Shown here in pieces: positions 1 through 8,800 of a stretch of DNA of 64,000 nt. A program made the translations under genes and the position numbers. Origin of the DNA: Poseidonia sp. (GTDB lineage Archaea > Thermoplasmatota > Poseidoniia > Poseidoniales > Poseidoniaceae); contig JAYPCE010000003.1 in NCBI GenBank assembly GCA_038124565.1, positions 5,910 through 69,909 of the forward strand. Direction: 5' to 3'. The stretch's first letter is position 1. Every line of letters starts with the position of its first letter. The notes below the pieces were generated by a model, which did no database searches, had not been told where the DNA came from, and saw nothing but the letters and a program-made list of their open reading frames with translations.

Positions 1-246
1 ATAATCTTGAAAACAATCTTCTGCATTTTCAATCATCAGGTGTGCGTCAAAAATGGCGTCTGGCCCCAAGGCCTTGCGAAGGCTGCGAATCACGGGGGGG
101 CCAAAGGTGAGGTTGGGCACGAAGTTCCCGTCCATCACATCGAGGTGCAACCAGTCCAATCCGGCGTCAAGGGCTTCTTGACAGTCGGAGGAAAGGTCAG
201 CAAGGTTGGCTGTGAGGACGCTGGGTGCGATGATCATGGTACCCAT
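1..246 (-). CDS. rpe: Ribulose-phosphate 3-epimerase, N-terminal part (gene continues beyond window start)
   Basis: Reverse-complement translation from ATG at 246 gives MGTMIIAPSVLTANLADLSS...DWLHLDVMDGNFVPNLTFGPPVIRSLRKALGPDAIFDAHLMIENAED, the canonical Rpe N-terminus (IAPSIL / HxDVMDG / NxTFGP motifs). The + strand ORF 7..291 is its antisense artefact. Confidence 0.7.
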   Translation of the reverse strand, partial: MGTMIIAPSVLTANLADLSSDCQEALDAGLDWLHLDVMDGNFVPNLTFGPPVIRSLRKALGPDAIFDAHLMIENAEDCFQDY

Positions 247-319
247 TGTCACGGCGAAGCGACGCCATTTGAAGAGGCTTGTTATGGGTGAAAGCGCCCA
301 TCACACCACGCACAAATCC

Positions 320-326
320 CTATAAT
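320..326 (+). promoter_or_regulatory. Putative archaeal TATA box (ctataat) ~32 nt upstream of thioredoxin ATG at 358
   Basis: TATAAT-like element at 320-326 overlaps the first in-frame ATG (325). This argues that the real start is ATG 358 and the transcript is leaderless or short-leadered. Confidence 0.35.
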
Positions 327-357
327 GCGTCATGAGGAGCGCAAGAATGGTGACCTC

Positions 358-687
358 ATGGGTGAAGTACGACATGTAACGGATGACGAATTTAGCGCTA
401 CCATCAACGATTCTGAATGGGTGATTGTGGATTTCTGGGCTCCTTGGTGTTCACCTTGCAAAGCCATCGGCCCCGTTCTCGATGCGGTAGCTGAAGAACG
501 GGAGATTTTGGTAGCAAAAATCGACACTGACAAGAATGCAGCCACGGCCGGGCAACTCGGCGTCAAAAGCATTCCTGCCTTGTTCATGTACCGAAACGGT
601 ACGATGGTTTCCAGCAAAACGGGCGGTATGCCCAAACCCAAATTATTGGCGTGGATTGACGAAGTCATGAACGCCGATGATTTCTGA
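358..687 (+). CDS. Thioredoxin (ORF track start 325; ATG 358 preferred)
   Basis: WAPWCSPCK active site (WCxPC), thioredoxin fold length ~110 aa, VAKIDTDKN...IPALFMYRNG typical. Confidence 0.85.
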   Translation: MGEVRHVTDDEFSATINDSEWVIVDFWAPWCSPCKAIGPVLDAVAEEREILVAKIDTDKNAATAGQLGVKSIPALFMYRNGTMVSSKTGGMPKPKLLAWIDEVMNADDF

Positions 688-688
688 G

Positions 689-2242
689 TTACTTGATGCG
701 TTCCATACGCTCTTGCTTTTGCTCGCCCACGTCGCGTAGCAAACGCTCTCGCAGTGCTTCGTGCAACCACATACCCTCGTCCAACTCCAGTAGCAAACCG
801 TGTTGGAGGAGGTTCGAGGGCGGTGGCCCATTCCATCCGATACTACCCGCCAACTTCTCCCATGGAATTGGTGCATGGGCCACGGCGAGCGTGGCCAACA
901 ACTCTTTTTCTTGCTCGGGCAATCGCGTTAGAATTTCTTCGTCCAAAAATCTCAGCCAGTCTTTGTGGGTGGGCTGACCGTACAGTTCAAGCAATTCCAA
1001 GGCCAAAGGATGGCCTCCAGTAGCCTGATGGATCTCTTCGGCAGCAGGAGATTCAGCGTTATCGAGAGAGAGCAACCACGCTTTAATGGCGTCCAAACTC
1101 AATCCCTTGAGCGGCATTTCACGCACCGTGTTACGAATGTGCACATCGCGTCGGTCGTAAACACTCAACTCCGTTCTCGAAACGAGCACCAACCGCAACG
1201 GTGCTTTTTGGGCGAGTTGCAACAGCGAACCGAGCAGGTGACGCGCATTTTCTGCGATATGGTGCACATCGTCAAGTACGATGAGCCAATAAGGCGGTGG
1301 CCCGCCAGCGCTGTCTTTGAACCGTTCACGAATGGTGTTTGCGTCCGTCATGTATGCCAGCAGACGCCGTCGCCATGCGTCAACGTCCATTTCACCTCCC
1401 GGCGTGAGCGGGAGCGTTTCGATGATGTTGTAGGGGTCATGGGATTCATCGATGCCAAAGCGGTGCAAGAGGCTGGTTGCCAACCCAAGGGCGCGGTCCC
1501 ATGGTTGACAGGTATACCAGCAAATGGAGAGGTAGGGGTCGTCTTCCATGTGTTGTTTCAACCAGTGTGCAACCAAGGTTGATTTTCCAATGCCTGCAAT
1601 ACCGTGGACGACCATGCAGGGGTGACGGTCACGAAACCATCCGTGCAAGGCGTCCAATTCAGCATCACGGCCGTACACAGGTCGGGTAACGGGAGGCTGG
1701 TTGGCGTAGGTTGCGTGAACACCGACCAGCGGTGTCAATCGTCCAGGTTGGGGCACTCCGTCGGCTTGCTCTGCTTTTTTGATGCTTCCAAATCGGATGT
1801 CGCCGTAGGTGAGCACGCCTTCGTGTTGGGCGTGTAAGAGAATTTGCAACAGGCTCAATTCTGTGGCCAACAACTCCGAGACTTCAGCGGCCTTCACTTC
1901 CAACAAGTCTCCGTCAAGATTTCGCACCAAGACCTTGGTTGAGTCCAACGCGGCTCGCCGCTGTTGGGCTTGAAGCCTGCCTTCATCGGTGAGTTGCCAT
2001 GTTTTTTGGCGGCGCTCATCACCTTGAACTGCTCGTGTGTGCTCTTCAACCAACGCCTCTCTCAACAAATCTCGCATCGTTCGGCTGACATTTGGGGGGT
2101 GTTGGGCACATGCTTCGGCGATGCCTGGGCGCGTCAAGGCGGGCGGGACCATGTAGCGGTCGGCCCATTGGTCGTTGGCTAAGAGGTGAAGCAGCACCCT
2201 GTCTTTGGCGGCGACGTTCACCTTCGGAATGTCACCGGCCAT
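689..2242 (-). CDS. STAND/AAA-type (Arch_ATPase-like) P-loop NTPase with N-terminal winged-HTH; ORF track extends to 2452 but ATG at 2242 (MAGDIPKVNV...) preferred
   Basis: Walker A GIAGIGKST, Walker B WLIVLDDVH. N-terminal region DRVLLHLLANDQWADRYMVPPALTRPGIAEACAQHPPNVSRTMRDLLREALVEE is wHTH-like. The 2452 extension would overlap the divergent gene at 2370 and its TATA. Confidence 0.6.
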   Translation of the reverse strand: MAGDIPKVNVAAKDRVLLHLLANDQWADRYMVPPALTRPGIAEACAQHPPNVSRTMRDLLREALVEEHTRAVQGDERRQKTWQLTDEGRLQAQQRRAALDSTKVLVRNLDGDLLEVKAAEVSELLATELSLLQILLHAQHEGVLTYGDIRFGSIKKAEQADGVPQPGRLTPLVGVHATYANQPPVTRPVYGRDAELDALHGWFRDRHPCMVVHGIAGIGKSTLVAHWLKQHMEDDPYLSICWYTCQPWDRALGLATSLLHRFGIDESHDPYNIIETLPLTPGGEMDVDAWRRRLLAYMTDANTIRERFKDSAGGPPPYWLIVLDDVHHIAENARHLLGSLLQLAQKAPLRLVLVSRTELSVYDRRDVHIRNTVREMPLKGLSLDAIKAWLLSLDNAESPAAEEIHQATGGHPLALELLELYGQPTHKDWLRFLDEEILTRLPEQEKELLATLAVAHAPIPWEKLAGSIGWNGPPPSNLLQHGLLLELDEGMWLHEALRERLLRDVGEQKQERMERIK

Positions 2243-2343
2243 GATGCTTGGTGAGGGTTTTGCTTGTTCAACGCTTGCCTGTTTGGTATGCGAAGTTTTC
2301 GTCGCGGTCGTTGATGCAAAAGTGCGCGTATAGACAACAACCC

Positions 2344-2350
2344 TTTTATG
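2344..2350 (+). promoter_or_regulatory. Putative TATA box (ttttatg) ~26 nt upstream of ATG 2370, consistent with a leaderless transcript
   Basis: Spacing typical for archaeal TATA/TSS in leaderless mRNAs. Confidence 0.35.
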
Positions 2351-2369
2351 CACATGAGGATGGGAAATC

Positions 2370-5300
2370 ATGGCGAAAAACTCGGATTTGACATCACTTA
2401 ACCTCCGGACCTTTTCTTTGGTGTTGTGCGGCCTGATGTTGCTCTCAGCCATGCCCTTGGTGAGCGGCGCAGATTCCGATGGAGACGGGTTTGAAGACAG
2501 CGTTGATGACTGTCCATGGGCTTATGGAACATCGACCGTGGACAAGGATGGCTGTCCTGATCGTGACGGGGATGGCACGTCAGATGGAGCGGATGGTTGG
2601 ACCTCCAACAACCCAAATTTCAGCGAAGAATTTCACATCTCCAATCTCAATGCATACAGTATTGATCACAACGCTGACGGAACGCTTGCTGTCGCAGCCG
2701 TTGACGACCGTGTACGTATTTACAACGCTTCCACCTACACCACCGTTGTTTCCTCAGCCGACCTTGTTGATGGCAACAACGCCTACGTGACCAGCGTTGA
2801 CTGGAGCCCCGATGACATGTACGTCGCTGCGACCCTAACCGACGACACGGCCGTTGTCATGTGGGCGAGCAACCTCACGGTGATTCACGACGGCATCACG
2901 CATTCGGGCGATACCCGAACCTTCTCTGATGTCGCCTTCATGACCAACAGCACGTCGTTTGCTGTGGTGGACGAGAACGGTGGCGGCTGGGGCGGTGGAA
3001 ACTGCAACGGTTGTGCCGTGATGCTGGTGAGCGTGGAAGACGGCCAAATCTGGCGAGAGGTCAAGCCTGCAGGCAACAGCGGTTCGTATTCATCGGTCAC
3101 CTTTTCTCCAGACGGCAGCGTTATGGCCGTTGGTGGTGACGGCAATGCCTACCTCATTGAGACCAACAACTGGACCACGCTTCGAGCCCTCAATCCAGGA
3201 ACCGGGGAAAACGTCAACGGCATTGAGTTCTCACCGGATGGCACGATGGTGGGCTTGTGCACCCAAGCCAACATGAACGGCGCTCGCCTCCGAGCGTTCA
3301 ACACGGCGACGGGCGCTTCCATGCTCGACAAAACCTCCACGAGCTCATGCTATGGCGTTGATGTCTCTCCAGACAACACCCAAGTCGCCTACGCCATCGG
3401 CTACTACAGCACCGACGGGGGCTCGGTGCTGGTGTATGAACATACCACGGGCTTGTTGGTTGACCGCATCCAACTCGCACGCGGCAACAATGCGTGTTCG
3501 CAATTTGGTGGTCAGAATCCCTGCGGCGATGTGAACGGCGTTTCGTGGCATCCAGATGGGTACCACATCGTTGCTGCGGTTGACAGAAATTACGAGGGTG
3601 TGTACTTCCTGTTTGCTGATATCGACCCCGATAATGACGGTTACAACTCCACCGACCAGGGCGATGGTATCGTTGATGACTTCCCCGACGATGGCACCCA
3701 ATGGACCGATACGGACGGCGACGGCTACGGCGACAACCCAGCTCCAGCCAACCAACCCGATGCGTGCATCTCCGTCGCTGGTACGTCAACCGAAGACCGA
3801 TACGGATGCCCTGACGCTGACGGCGACGGATGGTCGGATGCCGGAGATTGGGCACCGTACAACCCCGACCAGTGGGTTGATGCTGATGGTGACGGCTACG
3901 GTGACAATTACCTGTACGAGGTAAATGAATACCAGTTCCATGTGAACCAGTCCGGTGATGCGTTCCCCAACGATGCAACCCAATGGAACGACACGGATGG
4001 CGACGGCTACGGTGACAATTACGAGAACGCCTCATGGACCTCCTATCGCCCAAGTGAATGGCCTGGCGTCTTGTTGACCTCAGCCAACGAACCAGACGCC
4101 TTCCCTCTTGACCGAACGCAGTACATGGACACAGATGGAGATTGGGTCGGCGACAACCCGAACAGCGATCGTGCTGATTTGTGCCCCAACCAATGGGGTG
4201 ATTCCCAGTACGACCGTCTCGGTTGTCCAGATGCTGACGGCGATGGGTACTCCGACCCCGATGCGGGGTGGCCAGCAACCACCGATTGCTTCGGAGCCGA
4301 TGCGTTCCCCGACGATCCTACGCAATGGTGCGATGAAGACAACGATGGATACGGGAGCAACGCCAACGGGAACAACCCCGATGATTGCCCTTCATCGGCC
4401 GGCACATCGTACATTGACCGAGCTGGTTGTGCCGACCGAGACGGCGATGGGTATTCCAACGCAGGCGACCCCTTCCCGGATGACCCAACGCAGTGGTCGG
4501 ACCGAGACGGCGATAACCGCGGCGACAACGCCAGCGGCAACAATCCCGACGCGTTCCCAGACGACACCTCGCAATGGAAGGACACCGACGGTGACGGTTA
4601 CGGCGACAATCCAGGAGGCAACAACGGGGACGCGTTCCCGACCGATTCGACGCAGTGGAGTGATGAGGACGGCGATGGCTACGGTGACAACGCTGAAGGA
4701 ACCGATGGAGACGTCTGCCCGATGGATTACGGTGAATCTCAGGAGCCCCTCAGCCGAGGATGTCCTGACAGCGATTTGGACGGCGTCACCGACCCGCTCG
4801 ATGCCTTCCCGAACGATCCTTTCCAGTGGGCCGATACCGATGGTGACGGCTATGGTGACAACACCAATGTCCCAAGCGGGGACGACTGTGTTGAAGAGTT
4901 TGGAAAATCGTTTGAAGAAGGTCGACAGGGTTGCCCCGACGCAGACTTGGACGGCTATGCTGATGTTGACGATGCCTTCCCAACCGACCACGAACAATGG
5001 GTGGACACCGATGGCGATGGCTATGGTGACAACTACTTCTGGGAGAACATCACGGTAGAAGATTCCGAAAACCCAGGCATGTTCATCACGTTGCGTGAAC
5101 AACGGGGCGACGCATTCCCCGATATTGCTTCGCAGTGGTCGGATATCGATGGTGATGGCTGGGGCGATAACACCAACAGTTCAAATCGCGTGGACAGTTT
5201 CCCGTTGCGCAACAGTCAATGGCTTGACTTTGACGGTGATGGCTTCGGCGATAATGTCACGGGTTACCAACCCGACATGTGTCAAAAAGTTCCCGGGACA

Positions 5301-5816
5301 TCAACTTCTGGCTTGGAGGAAGAATGGTATGGCTGTCCCGATGCTGATAGCGACGGTGTTGCCGATGATGCCGATGCCTGTCCATGGGACCCAGCATACT
5401 CGCTTGCGGCTGACAAGACCAAATGCACCATTACCAAAGATCCCAGTGCAAGCGGTAGCGAGGAGAACTCGGGCACCTTCTTGAGCGGAGAAACGAACAC
5501 CTTGGTCTGGATGGGCGGCGTGATTATCTTCATGCTCGCCCTCATCATCGTCGCTCAAGTTTCACGGGCTGCTGGAAAGCGCAAGGCGGTGGCGGCCAAG
5601 CGAGAGGAGATGATGGTCCAAGCCTCATTTGCCGAGGAAGAGGAACGCCGTCAAGCATGGATTCAGCATTACATTGCTGAAGGGAATTACGCCGAAGCCC
5701 GAGCCTTAGGGTGGGAAGGTACGGAAGGCTTGCCTGAGTGGAAACAATACGAGATGCAGCAGCAAGCCGCGCAAGAAGCAGCCATTCCCTCCATGTTGGA
5801 TTTGGACAGCCCCTAG
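2370..5816 (+). CDS. Large Ca-binding surface protein A: signal peptide, short N-terminal TSP3-like repeats, PD40/TolB-like beta-propeller, ~20 thrombospondin-type-3-like repeats, C-terminal TM anchor, conserved Trp-rich cytoplasmic tail
   Basis: N-terminus MAKNSDLTSLNLRTFSLVLCGLMLLSAMPLVSGA is signal-like. Blade motifs VDWSPDDMYVAAT, VTFSPDGSVMAVGG, IEFSPDGTMVGLC, VDVSPDNTQVAYA, VSWHPDGYHIVAA (SPDG signature). Repeats of form FPxDxTQWxDTDGDGYGDN / CPDADGDGWSD. TM LVWMGGVIIFMLALIIVAQV then tail ...RRQAWIQHYIAEGNYAEARALGWEGTEGLPEWKQYEMQQQ. Many N-x-S/T sequons. Confidence 0.9.
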   Translation: MAKNSDLTSLNLRTFSLVLCGLMLLSAMPLVSGADSDGDGFEDSVDDCPWAYGTSTVDKDGCPDRDGDGTSDGADGWTSNNPNFSEEFHISNLNAYSIDHNADGTLAVAAVDDRVRIYNASTYTTVVSSADLVDGNNAYVTSVDWSPDDMYVAATLTDDTAVVMWASNLTVIHDGITHSGDTRTFSDVAFMTNSTSFAVVDENGGGWGGGNCNGCAVMLVSVEDGQIWREVKPAGNSGSYSSVTFSPDGSVMAVGGDGNAYLIETNNWTTLRALNPGTGENVNGIEFSPDGTMVGLCTQANMNGARLRAFNTATGASMLDKTSTSSCYGVDVSPDNTQVAYAIGYYSTDGGSVLVYEHTTGLLVDRIQLARGNNACSQFGGQNPCGDVNGVSWHPDGYHIVAAVDRNYEGVYFLFADIDPDNDGYNSTDQGDGIVDDFPDDGTQWTDTDGDGYGDNPAPANQPDACISVAGTSTEDRYGCPDADGDGWSDAGDWAPYNPDQWVDADGDGYGDNYLYEVNEYQFHVNQSGDAFPNDATQWNDTDGDGYGDNYENASWTSYRPSEWPGVLLTSANEPDAFPLDRTQYMDTDGDWVGDNPNSDRADLCPNQWGDSQYDRLGCPDADGDGYSDPDAGWPATTDCFGADAFPDDPTQWCDEDNDGYGSNANGNNPDDCPSSAGTSYIDRAGCADRDGDGYSNAGDPFPDDPTQWSDRDGDNRGDNASGNNPDAFPDDTSQWKDTDGDGYGDNPGGNNGDAFPTDSTQWSDEDGDGYGDNAEGTDGDVCPMDYGESQEPLSRGCPDSDLDGVTDPLDAFPNDPFQWADTDGDGYGDNTNVPSGDDCVEEFGKSFEEGRQGCPDADLDGYADVDDAFPTDHEQWVDTDGDGYGDNYFWENITVEDSENPGMFITLREQRGDAFPDIASQWSDIDGDGWGDNTNSSNRVDSFPLRNSQWLDFDGDGFGDNVTGYQPDMCQKVPGTSTSGLEEEWYGCPDADSDGVADDADACPWDPAYSLAADKTKCTITKDPSASGSEENSGTFLSGETNTLVWMGGVIIFMLALIIVAQVSRAAGKRKAVAAKREEMMVQASFAEEEERRQAWIQHYIAEGNYAEARALGWEGTEGLPEWKQYEMQQQAAQEAAIPSMLDLDSP
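3597..5400 (+). repeat. Coding tandem array of thrombospondin-type-3-like calcium-binding repeats (D-x-D-x-D-G-x-x-D / QW-D-TDGDGYGDN) in protein A
   Basis: Repeated DTDGDGYGDN, DADGDGWSD, DRDGDGYSN, DEDNDGYGSN units visible in translation. Causes long antisense ORF artefacts (3298..4278, 4392..5102 etc). Confidence 0.85.
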
Positions 5817-5839
5817 CCTTCCAAATTCCAACAATTTTG

Positions 5840-5850
5840 ATATATTATAC
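5840..5850 (+). promoter_or_regulatory. Putative TATA box (atatattata) ~20-26 nt upstream of ATG 5867 of protein B
   Basis: AT-rich box in the short gap between paralogs A and B; implies B has its own promoter and a leaderless mRNA. Confidence 0.4.
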
Positions 5851-5866
5851 GTTATTGTCGCTGTGC

Positions 5867-8800
5867 ATGGTTCGCCTTCAAGCGGTCAGCATCATCTGCT
5901 TTCTGCTCCTGCAAACGGCGGTTCTACCCACGGCTGGAGCAGTGGATGCAGACGGCGATGGCATTGACGATGCATTGGATGACTGCCCCCACGCATCGGG
6001 CGATTCCACGGTGGATCGTCAAGGCTGCCCCGACAAAGACGGTGATGGGCGTTCGGACCTCAACGATGCATGGACTTCACGGTACCCAAGTTTCTCTCTT
6101 GATGCAACACTCACCGCGACGACCGATGTGTTTGATGCAGCCTATTCTCCTACGGGCGAGTTCGTTGCCATTCGTGAAAATCAATATGTGAAAATCTACA
6201 ACGTTTCTACCCAAACGTTGCTCCAGACCAGCGCTCAAATTTCGAGTTCGTGGTGGGGCAACCGCTTATCTTGGAGTCCCGATGGCACCATGCTCGCGGC
6301 CTCCATTTCCTCAGGCGTCAACATTTACTGGACCTCAAACCTCACCGAAATCCAAACGGCCATTGCCCCCACTGACCCAGGAACCGTGCGCGATGTGGCG
6401 TTTTTTCCCAATGGCAGCGGCTTCATTGCAGTAGGAGAAGGGTGGGGGTCCAACAGTGGGAAGGTCTACGCAGCCAATGCGGTGAACGGTACGATCTGGC
6501 ATTCCTTCCAACCCAACAACGAGTCGTCCTTCTCCTCCGTCGCCCTCTCTCCCGATGGAAGCCGTGCTGCAGTTGGCGGAGATGGCGTCGTTTATGTCAT
6601 CAACACCTCTTCGTGGCAGGTGACCCGAACCATCAACCATGGCTCACAAAATGTAAGGGGCGTGGATATTTCTCCCGACGGGAATTGGATCAGTGCCTGC
6701 GATGATACGGGGCTTGCCTACCAAAGCACAGTTCTTCGGGTCTGGGGCTTGGACAACGGGACCCAAGTCATGGCCAAAACCGGGACTTCCCGATGCAGCG
6801 AGACCCGGTTCTCACCTGATGGAAGTCAAGTAGGGTATTCCTTCCACTTTTACACCGATGACGCTGCATCGGTGACCATCTATCACATCAACTCGAATTC
6901 ATTGGTGACCCGCCTGAGTGCTCGGCCCACAGGCGACCCATGCACCGACACAACTGCGCCCCCGAATGTATGTGGGAGAATGTACGGGTTTGACTGGCAC
7001 CCCAACGGGTTGGACATTATCTCGGTGATGGGGCAAGACAACGAAGGCGTGTATTTCTGGTCGTCCAATTTGGACCCCGACAACGACGGGTGGAACACCT
7101 CCGACCAAGGGGACGGCAGAGTGGATGCCTTCCCCGATGAATCAACCCAATGGAACGACACAGATAGCGACGGGTACGGTGATAACCCTTCGCCAGCCTT
7201 CCAACCCGATGCTTGTCCGTCTGTTCAAGGAAATTCAACCGAGGACAGGTTTGGTTGTCCAGATGGCGATGGTGACGGTTGGTCGGATGCAGGCGACTGG
7301 GCGCCCAACGATGCTTTGCAGTGGCTTGACACTGATGGGGACGGTCATGGAGACAACTACCACTTTGAATTGGACGCCTATCAATTCCATCTCAACCAGA
7401 CCGGCGATGCCTTCCCCAACGATCCAACCCAGTGGAACGATACTGATGGTGACGGCTACGGGGATAACTTTGCGAATGCATCATGGACAACATACAGACC
7501 CGTAACATGGCCAGGAGAGTGGCTGAGCGTCGCTGTCATGCCAGATACTTTCCCCCTTGACCGTACGCAATGGAACGATACTGACGGAGATTGGTACGGT
7601 GACAACCAATTTGGCTCTCGTGTGGATGCGTGCCCTACCGAATGGGGCGATTCAGAAGTGGACCGCTTGGGTTGCAAGGATAGCGATGGGGACGGCTATT
7701 CTGACCCGACGATGGATTGGCCGGCTACCACAGATTGCTACGGGGCCGATGCTTTCCAAAACGATGCCACGCAGTGGTGTGATGAGGACAACGATGGGTT
7801 TGGTAGCAACCCCAACGGCAACACGCCCGATGATTGCCCGTCAACGGCAGGAACATCAACGATTGACCGATATGGTTGCGCAGACCGTGACGGCGATGGA
7901 TATTCCAACGCAGGTGACCCATTTCCCGATGACCCCACTCAATGGTCGGACCGAGACGGTGACAACCGCGGGGATAATGCCAGCGGAAACAACCCCGACG
8001 CTTTCCCTGACGACACCTCGCAATGGAAGGACAGCGACGATGATGGCTACGGAGACAACCCAGGAGGGACCAACGGAGACACATACCCAAATGACCCGAC
8101 CCAATGGAGCGATACAGACGGTGATGGATACGGCGACAATCCAAACGGAACTGAGGGCGATGTGTGTCCACTCGAATACGGCGAATCCTTTGATGAAGAC
8201 ACCCGGGGTTGTCCCGACAGCGATCTTGACGGTGTGACCGACCCGTTGGACGTGTTTCCCGATGACCCGTTCCAATGGGCCGATGCTGACGGTGATGGGT
8301 ACGGTGACAACACGAACGTACCGAGTGGTGATGCATGTGTTGAGGTCTTTGGGACCTCGACTGAAGCCGGTCGTTTAGGGTGTCCCGATAGCGATGTTGA
8401 CGGATATGCTGACCTTGATGATGCGTTCCCTAACGATCCTGAACAGTGGACGGACACCGATGGCGATGGTTACGGTGACAATTACTTCTGGGAAAACACC
8501 ACTGTAGAAGACAGCGAAAACCCTGGAATGTACATCACCCTGCGTGACCAGCGCGGTGACGCCTTCCCAGAGATCGCTACCCAATGGTCCGACATGGATG
8601 GTGACGGTTGGGGCGATAACGACAACAGCTCCAACCGAGTAGATAACTTCCCGCTCCGCGCTTCGCAATGGCTTGATTTTGACGGAGATGGGTACGGTGA
8701 CAATGCCGTGATGGGCGCCTATCAACCGGACGCTTGTCCGCTCGTTCCTGGGACATCGGTCACTGGTCTTGATGCGGTTTACTTCGGGTGTCCCGATGCT

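Noticed and set aside
7-291. ORF 7..291 (+), 94 aa
   Set aside because: Antisense to a clear ribulose-phosphate 3-epimerase N-terminus on the minus strand; translation is H/G/C-rich with no motifs.
3298-5102. Long antisense ORFs inside the surface-protein genes (3298..4278, 3345..3755, 4043..4585, 4392..5102, 7725..8336, 7856..8275, 8047..8457, 8375..8725, 15132..15500, 15493..16050).
   Set aside because: They mirror the GAC/GGC/GAT-rich repeat codons of the sense strand, giving R/H/C- or V/I-rich low-complexity translations. The sense frames carry coherent domain architecture and signal peptides.
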